Below, piece after piece: positions 1 to 9,381 of a DNA stretch of 64,000 bases (its first letter is position 1; the number at the start of each line of letters is the position of its first letter). Under the pieces are notes generated by a model. That model saw only the letters and a list, made by a program, of their open reading frames with translations, was not told where the DNA came from and did no database searches. Location of the stretch: positions 4,005-68,004 of the IMG/VR virus record IMGVR_UViG_3300044742_000149. One strand, written 5' to 3'. The DNA comes from a virus. Made by a program: the position numbers and the translations under genes.

Positions 1-2
1 AG

Positions 3-209
3 CTCGAGCACGGCGGGAACGAGGTGCTGGCCTGGATGGCGAGCAACATGAAGGTCCGGACCGACCACAACGAAAACCGGATGCCCTCGAAGAAACATTC
101 CACCGGCAGAATAGACGGCATGTCCGCGCTGATCATGGCGATCGGCCGCTCGATGCTGGACGACATGGGCGAGGGTCTGGAGGGCTTCCTCAGCGGAACC
201 TCCATGTAA
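3..209 (+). CDS. terL: Terminase large subunit, C-terminal end (partial; gene starts before the window)
   Basis: Frame is open from base 3: HGGNEVLAWMASN...STGRIDGMSALIMA, the typical C-terminal nuclease end of HK97-like TerL; directly upstream of the portal. Confidence 0.88.
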   Translation, partial: LEHGGNEVLAWMASNMKVRTDHNENRMPSKKHSTGRIDGMSALIMAIGRSMLDDMGEGLEGFLSGTSM

Positions 210-221
210 TCGGAGGCCGCG

Positions 222-1490
222 ATGAAAAAGCTCTGGCTCAAGGCGGTGACGACCATCGCCAGGGGCATTGGGCTTAACGATCCGCGCCTTTACCGGATGT
301 TTGACGGCCCGGTCGATACTTACGCGGGCGAGACCGTCACCGTGAACTCAGCGATGAGCATGGACACGGTCTGGGCCTGCGTGATGCTGATCGCGCGGAC
401 CATCTCCACGCTGCCGTTGCAGTTCTACAAGTTGGACAAAGACGGACGCGGCGTTTTCGCGAAGGAACACCCTCTCTACTCGATCCTGCACGACGAGCCG
501 AACGCGGACATGACGGCGGTAGCGTTCTGGCAGGCGATCATTGGCTCGCTGTTGCTGTGGGGAAATGCTTACGCGGAGATAAGTCGCAACGGTAATCGCG
601 TTGTCGCGCTCACTCCCCTGGTGCCGGACCGGTTGACGGTGCGCCGCGAGAACGACGGGACGATTGTCTATGAGTATCGCGACTACGCCGGGAAAGTTCT
701 GAAGTTCAGCGAAGATCAAATCTTCCACGTCAAGGGTTTCTCCCTGGACGGCCTGTCGGGGTTGTCGCCGATCAGCCAGGCGCGGCAGACGTTGGGCATC
801 GCCCAGGCGGCGGAGAAGTCGGCGGCCAGCGTATTCCGCAATTCGATGCGGCCCAGCGTGGCGCTGATCTCCCCGAATTTCATGACGAAGGAGCAACGGA
901 AGCAGTACGAGGAAGAACTACGGCCGAAAATGCTCGGCGCGATAAACGCCGGAACGCCCGCGTTGATGGAGGGCGGCTGGGACATCAAGAACATCTCGAT
1001 GAACCCCGACGACGCGCAACTACTCGCGTCACGCGGTTTCTCGGTCGAGCAAATCTGCCGTTGGTTCGGCGTCGCCCCGCCAATGATCGGGCACATGGAG
1101 AAATCGACGGCCTGGGGAACGGGCCTGGAACAGATGAACCTCTGGTTCCTGACATACACCCTGCGACCCTACCTCGAAGCGATCGAGCAGGAGATCAGGC
1201 GCTCGTGCCTGACCGCGGTCGAGAAGCAGAGCTACTACGCCGAATTCAACGTCGAAGGTTTGTTGCGCGCGGATAGCAAGACGCGGGCGGAAATCTTCCA
1301 GCTCTACGTCAACAACGGCCTGCGGACTCACAACGAAGTGCGCGCCCTCGACAATCAGCAACCGTTGGATGGCGGCGACAGGCTGACTGTCGCGAGTTCT
1401 CAGATTCCACTGACCGACATTGAAAAGGTGTCGGCCCCGGCGGCGATCCAGCCGGCCCCTGGAGTGAACGACAATGCAGCAGCGGCTTGA
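222..1490 (+). CDS. Portal protein, HK97 family
   Basis: VWACV..IA.TI..LPL, EPN..MT...FW, LLLWGNAY, IFHVKGFSLDGL.GLSPI, ICRWFGV.P motifs; 422 aa. Confidence 0.96.
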   Translation: MKKLWLKAVTTIARGIGLNDPRLYRMFDGPVDTYAGETVTVNSAMSMDTVWACVMLIARTISTLPLQFYKLDKDGRGVFAKEHPLYSILHDEPNADMTAVAFWQAIIGSLLLWGNAYAEISRNGNRVVALTPLVPDRLTVRRENDGTIVYEYRDYAGKVLKFSEDQIFHVKGFSLDGLSGLSPISQARQTLGIAQAAEKSAASVFRNSMRPSVALISPNFMTKEQRKQYEEELRPKMLGAINAGTPALMEGGWDIKNISMNPDDAQLLASRGFSVEQICRWFGVAPPMIGHMEKSTAWGTGLEQMNLWFLTYTLRPYLEAIEQEIRRSCLTAVEKQSYYAEFNVEGLLRADSKTRAEIFQLYVNNGLRTHNEVRALDNQQPLDGGDRLTVASSQIPLTDIEKVSAPAAIQPAPGVNDNAAAA

Positions 1491-2385
1491 GGTATGTCGC
1501 GTTCCGTTCGACGGCGCGCTGAAGTTTGAGAGCGATGGCGAGGTCGGCGAGATCAGCGGCTACGGCTCGACATTCAATGTAACGGATCTGAACGGCGACA
1601 TGATGATGCCGGGAGCGTTCGACGCCACGCTCGCGGAACACAAATCATCGGGCCGGGTCATGCCCATGTTCGGGGAGCACAGCTTCGCCTTCCTCGGCGG
1701 CGACCCCTACCCCATTGGGGGTTGGACCAAGCTGGAGCCGGACACCAAGGGCCTGCACGTCACCGGCAAGCTGGTCGGGCTCAAGCACCCCGACGTCGCC
1801 CGCGTGTATGAACTGGTAAAAGAGAAGTTGATCAGCGCCATGTCGATCGCTTATCGCGTGCGTGACGGTGGTTACGAAAAGGGCACCAAGGCGGGCGACC
1901 CAAGGCGATGGCTAAAGGCGGTGGATCTGTTCTCCATCGACCTTGTCGGCGATCCGGCGAACCCGCAGGCCACGATCGACAACATTAAGTCCGTGCTGAC
2001 GCTGCCTAACCACCAGAGAGCGGCCTCATGGATCAAGGAAGCGTTCAGTTTGTGCGGTGAAAGTCTCGGCGGCGGCAACGCACCGACCAAGGCCCAGCGC
2101 GACCAACTGAACGGTTACCTACAAGACGCGCATCGCGAACTGACCGGCGAGGAAATTCCGGCGCTGATGCGCTTCGAACAACTGCGTGAGTTCAAGAAGT
2201 GGCTGCATTCCCCTGTGGACCAGGGGGGGCGCGGCTTCACGAACTCGCAGGCTGATGAGCTTGCCACGCTCATCTTCAAGTCAATGCCTCGGGATGAGGA
2301 CGGAGACGCCGCTAAGGCCCGGAAGGAGGCGGTCGGCGATATCGCCCGCGCTCTTTCCGGCTTCTCACTCAAATTCGGGACATGA
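1474..2385 (+). CDS. Prohead protease, HK97 family, with C-terminal extension
   Basis: ISGYGSTFN..D..GD.M.PGAF, H...PIG.W, MSIAY, SIDLVGDPANPQA; lies between portal and capsid. Confidence 0.92.
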   Translation: MQQRLEVCRVPFDGALKFESDGEVGEISGYGSTFNVTDLNGDMMMPGAFDATLAEHKSSGRVMPMFGEHSFAFLGGDPYPIGGWTKLEPDTKGLHVTGKLVGLKHPDVARVYELVKEKLISAMSIAYRVRDGGYEKGTKAGDPRRWLKAVDLFSIDLVGDPANPQATIDNIKSVLTLPNHQRAASWIKEAFSLCGESLGGGNAPTKAQRDQLNGYLQDAHRELTGEEIPALMRFEQLREFKKWLHSPVDQGGRGFTNSQADELATLIFKSMPRDEDGDAAKARKEAVGDIARALSGFSLKFGT

Positions 2386-2389
2386 AACA

Positions 2390-3589
2390 ATGGCTGACGA
2401 TCCGGAACTGGAACTGAAAAATCTTGGCGCCGACCTCAAGAAGGCGACCGACGAGGTCAAGGCGTTTGCCGAGAAGGTGACGACCGAGATGAAGAACCTC
2501 GGCGCGGCGACGGAGGAAACCAAGGCCAATGCCGACAAGGCTCTGACCTCGATGAACGAACTTTCGGCTCGCGTGACCGAGATCGAGCAAAAATCCGCGC
2601 GCCGGCAGCAGGACACGCAGCCAGAGATCAAAAGCATCGGTCAGATGGTTGTTGAGAGTGATGGCGTCAAAGCCCTCATGGAGCGGAAGAACGGTCAGGC
2701 GAGGGTGACGATCGATCTCAAGAACATTCTGACCGGCCCGGCGCTATACGGCACGCACAATAGTATCGCGAACGCGCTCATCTCGCCGACCCGAGGCGAT
2801 ACGGTCATGGTGCCGACACGTCCCTTCTTCATCAGGGATCTGATCACGCCAGGCACCACGAACTCGAACGCGATCGAGTATGCGGTGGAAACCTCCAATC
2901 CGTATGCCACGCAGGCGGCGGTTGTTTCGGAAGGATTACGCAAGCCGCAGTCCGAAAATATCCAGTTCGATCTGAGAACCACGGCGGTCAGGACGATAGC
3001 GCACTTCATGAAGGCGAGCCGTCAGGTGCTCGACGACGTGCCTATGCTGGCGAGCATGATTGATGGAAGGCTGCGATTCGGCCTGCAATACGTCGAGGAG
3101 CAAGAATTGCTGTTTGGCGATGGGACCGGGCAGCATCTACTCGGTATTGTTCCGCAGGCGACGGCCTATGCGGCCGCGTTCACGCCGGCCCTGCCAACCG
3201 CGATCGACACGCTCCGGCTCGCCGCGTTGCAGGCGACTTTGGCGCTCTACCCAGCGACGGGGTATGTTTTGCACCCGACCGATTGGGCCAAGATCGAACT
3301 GACGAAGGACAGCCAAGGCCGCTACATCGTCGGCGATCCGCAAGCGCAGCTGATGAAACGACTTTGGACGCTCCCGGTGGTCGACACCCAGACCATGCTG
3401 GCTGGCAAGTTCTTGACAGGGGCGTTCAGGATGGGCGCGCAGATTTTCGATCGCATGTCCATCGAGGTTTTGGTCTCAACGGAGAACGAGGACGACTTCG
3501 TACGCAACATGATCACGATTCGCGCGGAAGAGCGTCTGGCGCTCGCCGTGTACCGGCCGACCGCGTTCATCTACGGCAACGTGCCGTAA
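2390..3589 (+). CDS. Major capsid protein, HK97 fold with N-terminal coiled-coil delta domain
   Basis: ATG at 2390; IRDLI..G.T.SN.IEY, VSEG..KPQS, RTIAHFMKASRQVLDD, LLFGDGTG, DDFVRNMITIRAEERLAL.VYRP.AF. Confidence 0.97.
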   Translation: MADDPELELKNLGADLKKATDEVKAFAEKVTTEMKNLGAATEETKANADKALTSMNELSARVTEIEQKSARRQQDTQPEIKSIGQMVVESDGVKALMERKNGQARVTIDLKNILTGPALYGTHNSIANALISPTRGDTVMVPTRPFFIRDLITPGTTNSNAIEYAVETSNPYATQAAVVSEGLRKPQSENIQFDLRTTAVRTIAHFMKASRQVLDDVPMLASMIDGRLRFGLQYVEEQELLFGDGTGQHLLGIVPQATAYAAAFTPALPTAIDTLRLAALQATLALYPATGYVLHPTDWAKIELTKDSQGRYIVGDPQAQLMKRLWTLPVVDTQTMLAGKFLTGAFRMGAQIFDRMSIEVLVSTENEDDFVRNMITIRAEERLALAVYRPTAFIYGNVP

Positions 3590-3601
3590 GTTCCACACAC
3601 C

Positions 3602-3886
3602 ATGCCCCTCGTACGCGCGCTGCGCCCTTGGTATAACCGCGAGCACGAGGGGTGGGTGGACCCCGGCCACGAGTTTGAGACCTCGGAGTATCGGGCGACC
3701 GAACTCGTGAACACCGGGTTGGCGGTCTACGCGGTCAGCACCACGGAAAAGATCAGCGTGACGGCGGACCCGCCGGCCGAGCCACCACCGCCGGAGAAAC
3801 CCGCTGTCCCTTTAGCTCCGGAGCCTGCCGAAAGACCGCCACCACAACCAAAATCCCCGAGACCGTCAGGACGAAAGAGAAGTTAG
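3602..3886 (+). CDS. Small capsid-adjacent protein with Pro-rich tail
   Basis: 94 aa; PG.EFE....A.ELV..GLA pattern seen in small post-capsid phage proteins. Confidence 0.7.
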   Translation: MPLVRALRPWYNREHEGWVDPGHEFETSEYRATELVNTGLAVYAVSTTEKISVTADPPAEPPPPEKPAVPLAPEPAERPPPQPKSPRPSGRKRS

Positions 3887-3891
3887 CGCCG

Positions 3892-4773
3892 CTGCATATC
3901 AGGGCGCCGTGGGGCCTGGGGGATACCATCTACGTCCGCCCGCTGGTCGCCGACGCGGCCCGGCGACGGCGCGTCTACATCGACACGCCATGGCCTGAAC
4001 TCTACGCCGATATTGATCTCCAGTTCGTCGCGAGCACGCGGATACTGCGGACGCAGATGCGAAATGTCGCTCTGCAACCAGCCGGAACTTACATAGATCC
4101 GCCGGTCGGCCTGCCCTCGGTGGCTCTCGGCTACGGCCACCTCGAAATGGACCGCGGCGTGTTCGTGGCGATGGAACGAAAGTTGCCTTTAACGAGACGC
4201 CCTAAATGGAACCTGCCGGACATGGGACCGTGTCCGATCGACACCGGGGGTGCCCCTCTCGCCGTCATCCGACCGGTGATGCGCCGCTACGAGTGGGACA
4301 ACGAGGCGCGCAACCCGCTGCCTGAATACGTCAACTGGGTCGCGGGCGACCTGAAGCGGCTTGGCTTCGCCGTCGTCGTGATCGCCGACGAGAGGTTGGG
4401 CTGGGAGTGGATCGAGGGCGGCGTCGTGCCCCCCTGCAACGCCGCGTTTCTCCGCGGGGAGTTCACCGTGCGGCAACTGATGGCGACGGTCAGAGACGCC
4501 GCCGTGGTGGTCGGAGGGGTCGGATGGATCGTGCCGGCGGCGATTGCCCTCGGGACGCCAGCCTTCGTCGTCCTTGGCGGCAACGGCGGCATGAACGCAC
4601 CCGACGTCATCATCGATCAGCGCATGGACGGATCGAAAATCGGGTTCGCCACACCGGAGGTGCTGTGCAGATGCTTCGACATGCGACACCGCTGCGACAA
4701 GAGAATTCCGGACCTCGCCCAGCAGTGGCGCAGTTGGGCGGACTCAAATTTGAGGATGCCCCGCCGATCCTGA
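3892..4773 (+). CDS. Glycosyltransferase, GT9/heptosyltransferase-like (GT-B); start is non-canonical (CTG at 3892) or reached by frameshift
   Basis: In frame upstream of ATG 4057 reads LHIRAPWGLGDTIYVRPL (GLGD motif); C-terminal L.A.VRDAAVVVG..G....AAIALGTPAFVV.G nucleotide-sugar-binding motif. Confidence 0.75.
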   Translation: MHIRAPWGLGDTIYVRPLVADAARRRRVYIDTPWPELYADIDLQFVASTRILRTQMRNVALQPAGTYIDPPVGLPSVALGYGHLEMDRGVFVAMERKLPLTRRPKWNLPDMGPCPIDTGGAPLAVIRPVMRRYEWDNEARNPLPEYVNWVAGDLKRLGFAVVVIADERLGWEWIEGGVVPPCNAAFLRGEFTVRQLMATVRDAAVVVGGVGWIVPAAIALGTPAFVVLGGNGGMNAPDVIIDQRMDGSKIGFATPEVLCRCFDMRHRCDKRIPDLAQQWRSWADSNLRMPRRS

Positions 4774-4775
4774 AA

Positions 4776-5390
4776 ATGCTCGCCGCACGCAGTCTGACGT
4801 GGTTTCCCGAGCTTGAGTGCGGCTATTTCCCGGCGACGCCCGGTTCCCACACCTATGGCCAGGCTTATTTCGACAAGTATGCCGAGTATGCCGCCACCGA
4901 GATGGGAAAACGGCTCAACGCCACGCGGATGGCTCTGGTCAACCGCCATTGGGGCGGTCCGTTGGTCGATATCGGCATCGGCAGCGGCCAATTCGTGACA
5001 TCCCGTCCCGGTACATGCGGTTACGACATCAATCTGACGGCCATGGAGTGGCTCGATCGGCATGAACGCTGGTGGAATCCCTACCAACACCCCTGCGCGG
5101 CCGCGTCGATGTGGGACGCGCTGGAGCATATCGCCGACTTCCCGGCTTTGTTGGAGCAGATCCACGAATACCTGTTCGTCTCCCTGCCGGTTTTCGACGG
5201 TCCTGACCACGTCCTGCGCTCGAAACACTACCGGAAAGACGAGCACTATTGGTATTTCACCGAAGCTGGCTTCGTTCGGCTGATGTCGGGTCTCGGCTGG
5301 AAATGCGTCGAAACCAACCACGATGAGACACGGCTGGGGCGGGACGGCATCGGCTCGTTCGCCTTTGCCCGGCGAGGGTCGACGTCGTGA
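4776..5390 (+). CDS. Class I SAM-dependent methyltransferase
   Basis: Y...YFDKY, LVDIGIGSGQF (motif I), GYDIN, MWDALEHI, EH.WYFT. Confidence 0.85.
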   Translation: MLAARSLTWFPELECGYFPATPGSHTYGQAYFDKYAEYAATEMGKRLNATRMALVNRHWGGPLVDIGIGSGQFVTSRPGTCGYDINLTAMEWLDRHERWWNPYQHPCAAASMWDALEHIADFPALLEQIHEYLFVSLPVFDGPDHVLRSKHYRKDEHYWYFTEAGFVRLMSGLGWKCVETNHDETRLGRDGIGSFAFARRGSTS

Positions 5391-6040
5391 AAAGCACCAT
5401 GCTGAAGGTGCTTGTCGCCGCGCCGACGCACGATCTGACGACGCTTGAGAATGCCTACGAAGAGCTCGGCATCACCGACGACACGCACGATAACAGAATG
5501 GCCCGCTGGATCAGCGCGACGAGCGCGGCCATCGAGAAATGGTGCAACCGCGTCTTCGCGTTGGAGCAAGTGGTTGAAACGTGGCGGGCGGCGGATGGGT
5601 GGACTGTCCACGACACCTACTATCCCGATGCGCTCCATCTGGCCCGCCGGCCGATCGTGCAAATCGACTCGGTCGTCGAGGACCTTAGTGAGCCGCTAAC
5701 GACCGATGACTACGAGTTTGACGCGGAGAACGGACAGTTGTGGCGACTGTCTGGTGGGATCAGGCGGGACTGGTGCCTGTCGCGAGTGACGGTGACGTAC
5801 AGCGGCGGCTACGACGTGCCCGAGCACACGCCATTCGACCTCGAGCAGGCGTGTCTGATGTTGCTGAAAATCCGCAACGACGGGATCACCCGGGACCGCT
5901 CGCTGCGCGCCCTGACCATCCCCGGCGTGCTGGAGGAGCAGTTCCAAACCCCGACCGGGTCTGGGGGCGGCATGTCGGGTGGGTTGGCACCGGAGGTCTG
6001 CACGATCCTCGACGCCTGGCGGGACTACAATCCGCCGTGA
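5387..6040 (+). CDS. Head-tail connector/adaptor
   Basis: LTTLE.A..EL, SAAIEKWCNR.F, RPIV.I.SV, VTVTYSGGY..P..LEQACL; position after capsid module. Confidence 0.82.
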   Translation: MKSTMLKVLVAAPTHDLTTLENAYEELGITDDTHDNRMARWISATSAAIEKWCNRVFALEQVVETWRAADGWTVHDTYYPDALHLARRPIVQIDSVVEDLSEPLTTDDYEFDAENGQLWRLSGGIRRDWCLSRVTVTYSGGYDVPEHTPFDLEQACLMLLKIRNDGITRDRSLRALTIPGVLEEQFQTPTGSGGGMSGGLAPEVCTILDAWRDYNPP

Positions 6041-6381
6041 CGAACTACGTCGCCGACCGCGTGACCTACGCGATGAACAAGGTGGGAGAGACGGGCACGC
6101 TCGTCCGCCTGCCGGGCACCACGGGCACGCGCGTGGAGTTGACGGTGAAGGTGGTGCCGTCCTTCGAGACGCCAACAGAGCCCCTCGGAGGCGTCGTGCA
6201 GAGCCACCGTGAGGCACGGATCGGCAACGCCGAGATCGCCGCCTCGAACTGGCCCGCGCCGATCAAGCGCGGCGACCTGATCATCCTCTCCGGTATCTCA
6301 TACGCCATCCAGGGCGTGCAGACGTCCGCGCCAGACGGCACGCCGGCCATCCACCTGCTCTACCTGATGCGAATGGGCTGA
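6037..6381 (+). CDS. Head-closure/head-tail joining protein
   Basis: GTG at 6037 overlaps upstream stop; P.KRGD.I...G..Y.I..V pattern. Confidence 0.7.
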   Translation: MTNYVADRVTYAMNKVGETGTLVRLPGTTGTRVELTVKVVPSFETPTEPLGGVVQSHREARIGNAEIAASNWPAPIKRGDLIILSGISYAIQGVQTSAPDGTPAIHLLYLMRMG

Positions 6382-7121
6382 TGCCACAACTCCAGTTGTT
6401 CACGCCAACGCGAACGCGTGACTTCGTCGAGCGGGTACACGCGCACACGCGGCGACAGCTCATCGACCTGACGCTGGAGAGAACACGCGCCAATCAGGCG
6501 CTGATACAGCGAGCGTTCGGTCACGAAGCGCCGACTGAGTTGTTCGTCGATGGGCAGAGTGGCAAGCCGCTGATGTCGGCCCAGACCATCACGCTGACCC
6601 AGTTCCACCTACAGAACGGTGTCGTGGACGCCGCCCATCGGATGCTGGTCGAGCGGTCACCATACGGACCCGACAAGCACGGTCATTACCAGGACGATCA
6701 CTGGATATTCGTCAACGGGGTGCGCCGCGATGCCACACGCGAGGGCGGAAAACCGATCGATATCGGGCCGCACGACAAGGTGATCATCGTCAACATGCGG
6801 CCCTACGCCCGAAAGATCGAGGGCGGCCCGAACCAAACCTTCAGGCGGCGGCTGACCGATCGTCGTCCTGGGATCTCCGCGCAGGCGCCGAACGGGGTTT
6901 ACGAGATCACCGCGCGTGATCTGCAACGTGCGTTCGGCAAGGTGGCGGACATCCGATTCACCTACCACGGCGTGATCGGTGGCACCCTGGTATTCGCGCC
7001 TGATCCACGACCGGCGATGCGAGGCCGACACGGTCGCTTCACGGCGCAAGGCGGGCCGCGACCCGCCAACGCGAAATTGAACCGCTTTCCGGCCCTGGAA
7101 ATAGAGTCGCGGTTATTCTGA
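6381..7121 (+). CDS. Neck/tail-completion protein (putative)
   Basis: RSP.....G.Y, N..PYARKIE, S.QAP.GV; synteny. Confidence 0.62.
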   Translation: MPQLQLFTPTRTRDFVERVHAHTRRQLIDLTLERTRANQALIQRAFGHEAPTELFVDGQSGKPLMSAQTITLTQFHLQNGVVDAAHRMLVERSPYGPDKHGHYQDDHWIFVNGVRRDATREGGKPIDIGPHDKVIIVNMRPYARKIEGGPNQTFRRRLTDRRPGISAQAPNGVYEITARDLQRAFGKVADIRFTYHGVIGGTLVFAPDPRPAMRGRHGRFTAQGGPRPANAKLNRFPALEIESRLF

Positions 7122-7122
7122 C

Positions 7123-7560
7123 ATGTTTGTCCCGGCGAAGAACGCGATCCGCGCCTGGATCGAGGCGCACTACTCTGCGCTGCCGATGCGATGGGCGAAT
7201 GAGGACTGGCCGGGGGCCGACCCGCAGGCGACCCGCGATCCCTTCATAGAATGCGAGCTGATCGGCGGCACGAACGAACTGCGCGGCTTCAGCAGTCCAG
7301 GCAATCGTCTTTGGATACATCACGGGGTTTTCCGTTTCTACGTCTGGCAGCCATGGAATACCGGCATGGATGCCGCTTACGCGACGGCGGACGAATTCGC
7401 CGTCTTCATGGAGCGGGCTGAGTTCGGCAGAGACGAAGCGACCGGACGGACTGTCAGAACGCTTGACTTCTCCGTTCACGCCAACGTCGCCGCCGACGAG
7501 GCGGGGAACTACGTCGTGCTGCTTTGCAGCGTGCCGTTCGATTTTTACTACACGAACTAG
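7123..7560 (+). CDS. Tail terminator protein (putative)
   Basis: W.NE, G.F...V..P..TG...A...ADE, VPF.F; immediately precedes tail tube. Confidence 0.7.
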   Translation: MFVPAKNAIRAWIEAHYSALPMRWANEDWPGADPQATRDPFIECELIGGTNELRGFSSPGNRLWIHHGVFRFYVWQPWNTGMDAAYATADEFAVFMERAEFGRDEATGRTVRTLDFSVHANVAADEAGNYVVLLCSVPFDFYYTN

Positions 7561-7611
7561 CCCCGCCGCCCTTGGGCAAGGCCCCTTTCCTTAAAACAGG
7601 ACGGAGTCGAA

Positions 7612-8874
7612 ATGGCTTACCAAACCCAAAGCAATGCCATCGTCGCGTACAAAGCACAAACCGGGCTTGGTGTCCCCGCTACCGGGACGGGCGCGTCCGT
7701 GTTGCGCGTGGCTGGCGGTACCGGTGGCGACCTGACCAAGGCGGCGACCGAGAGCAACGAAGTTCGTTACGATGGAATGCGGACGCGGGGCAGGCATGGC
7801 ATCCAAAAGACGACCGGCGCGTGGAGCGGCGAGGCTTCGCTCGGTAGTTTCGATATCATAGCGGAAGCGATCATGCGCGACACTTTGTCGGCGGCCGATC
7901 TGACGATCACGGAAGTTACCGCCGGCCTGACCAGCATCACCACGACGGCGTACAACCCGGTCGGCCCGGTCCCCGCCACCATCGTGGCCGCCGCCGGATC
8001 GTGGATCACGGCGGGATTGAAGGTGGCCGATATCATCCGCATGACCGGCCACAGCGCGACGGCGAATAACAACCGGAACATGCGGATCACCGGGCTGACC
8101 CCCACGACCATCACGATTGCTGAACAATGGCTGACCGCTTCCGGCACGGGCGACGCGGCGTTCAGCATCATCCGTCCCGGTAAGAAGCTGATCCAGAGCG
8201 GCACCCAGTTGATCAAGCGGTATTTCACCGTCGAGGAATATGAGATCGACATCGATCAGTCGATGGTAATGTCGGATTTCGTTTGGGGCGCGATGCGGGT
8301 CGGCATGGCGCCGAACGGCATCATCACCATGGACCCCAGCGGTATCGGCACCGGGCAGATGAGCGTCAACGACGTGGCCACCTCGCCGGTCTTCACCACG
8401 CCGACCGCGACCACGTCGCTACCATTGGCGGTGGTGGACGCGACCATCCGCATCGGCGGCCGGGACATGGTGGACCTTACCAGTTTCGATCTGACAATGG
8501 ACATCTCGCCGATGAGCCCAGACGTGTTCGGCTCCGGAAATATCAAGTACGGACCTGATGTTTTCACCGGTCAGATGGGCATTGGGATCAACTTCACGGC
8601 GCTACGGAAAGACCTGCAAATGTTGCAGGACTTCATCGCGGAGACGCAATATTCGATCTCGATCCTGGCGGTCGAGAACGAAGCGGAGCCGAAAAGTTTT
8701 CTGTCCATTTATGTCCCGAACCTGACGCTCGGCGGTCTGACCAAATCGGCTTACGCGAAAGAAGGCGGGCCGCGCACGCAGTCCGTCACCGTGCCGATGG
8801 CGCTGATCGGCAAGGACATCACGTCTCCGGAGACGGACGGAACGATGATCAAAATCCAGTCGAGCGCGACCTGA
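7612..8874 (+). CDS. Major tail tube protein
   Basis: RBS GGAG; ESNEVRYDG...R.RHG, YFTVEEY..DID; Thr/Gly-rich 420 aa before chaperone and tape measure. Confidence 0.85.
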   Translation: MAYQTQSNAIVAYKAQTGLGVPATGTGASVLRVAGGTGGDLTKAATESNEVRYDGMRTRGRHGIQKTTGAWSGEASLGSFDIIAEAIMRDTLSAADLTITEVTAGLTSITTTAYNPVGPVPATIVAAAGSWITAGLKVADIIRMTGHSATANNNRNMRITGLTPTTITIAEQWLTASGTGDAAFSIIRPGKKLIQSGTQLIKRYFTVEEYEIDIDQSMVMSDFVWGAMRVGMAPNGIITMDPSGIGTGQMSVNDVATSPVFTTPTATTSLPLAVVDATIRIGGRDMVDLTSFDLTMDISPMSPDVFGSGNIKYGPDVFTGQMGIGINFTALRKDLQMLQDFIAETQYSISILAVENEAEPKSFLSIYVPNLTLGGLTKSAYAKEGGPRTQSVTVPMALIGKDITSPETDGTMIKIQSSAT

Positions 8875-8898
8875 ATTCACCATACCACAAGGAGTGTC

Positions 8899-9381
8899 AT
8901 GGCAGACATCATGTCAGAACCTTTCGACATCGACGAAATAAAAGCCCTGGATACCGCCGAAGTCGCCGTCGTCCATCCGTTCTCCGGGTTGCCGACGACG
9001 TGGATCTGGACGCTCGCCGGCCCCGGTCATCCAAAGGCAATCGCGGCCAGCAATAACGCATTGCGAGAGATGCTTCGGGTGCAAAAGCTGAAGGACCAGG
9101 CGCAGGCCAACCGTAAGAAGTGGATCGAGCCGGACCGCTCGCCCGAGGAAGTGCGCCTGGACAATGTTAAATCATTCGCCTTGCGGGTGCTTGGCTGGAC
9201 ACCCGCGAAGATAAACGGCGCGGACTATCCGTACAGCTACGAAAACGTTGTCGAACTGCTGAACAACCAGGCTTTCACCAAACTATACACGCAATTGCTT
9301 GAGTATTTCACGTCCGATGAAAGTTTTACAAAGCCCTCTGCGACGACCTCGCCGACTTCGCCGAACGAGATTTCGTCCTAG
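8899..9381 (+). CDS. Tail assembly chaperone (G-like)
   Basis: Between tube and tape measure; HP..G.PT......GP, GW....G....YS.EN...LL; ends ..ESFTKPS. Confidence 0.82.
   Translation: MADIMSEPFDIDEIKALDTAEVAVVHPFSGLPTTWIWTLAGPGHPKAIAASNNALREMLRVQKLKDQAQANRKKWIEPDRSPEEVRLDNVKSFALRVLGWTPAKINGADYPYSYENVVELLNNQAFTKLYTQLLEYFTSDESFTKPSATTSPTSPNEISS

Noticed and set aside
2186-2389. N-terminal extension of the capsid ORF as called in the ORF track
   Set aside because: Overlaps the protease gene; ATG 2390 just after the protease stop gives a normal-length capsid protein
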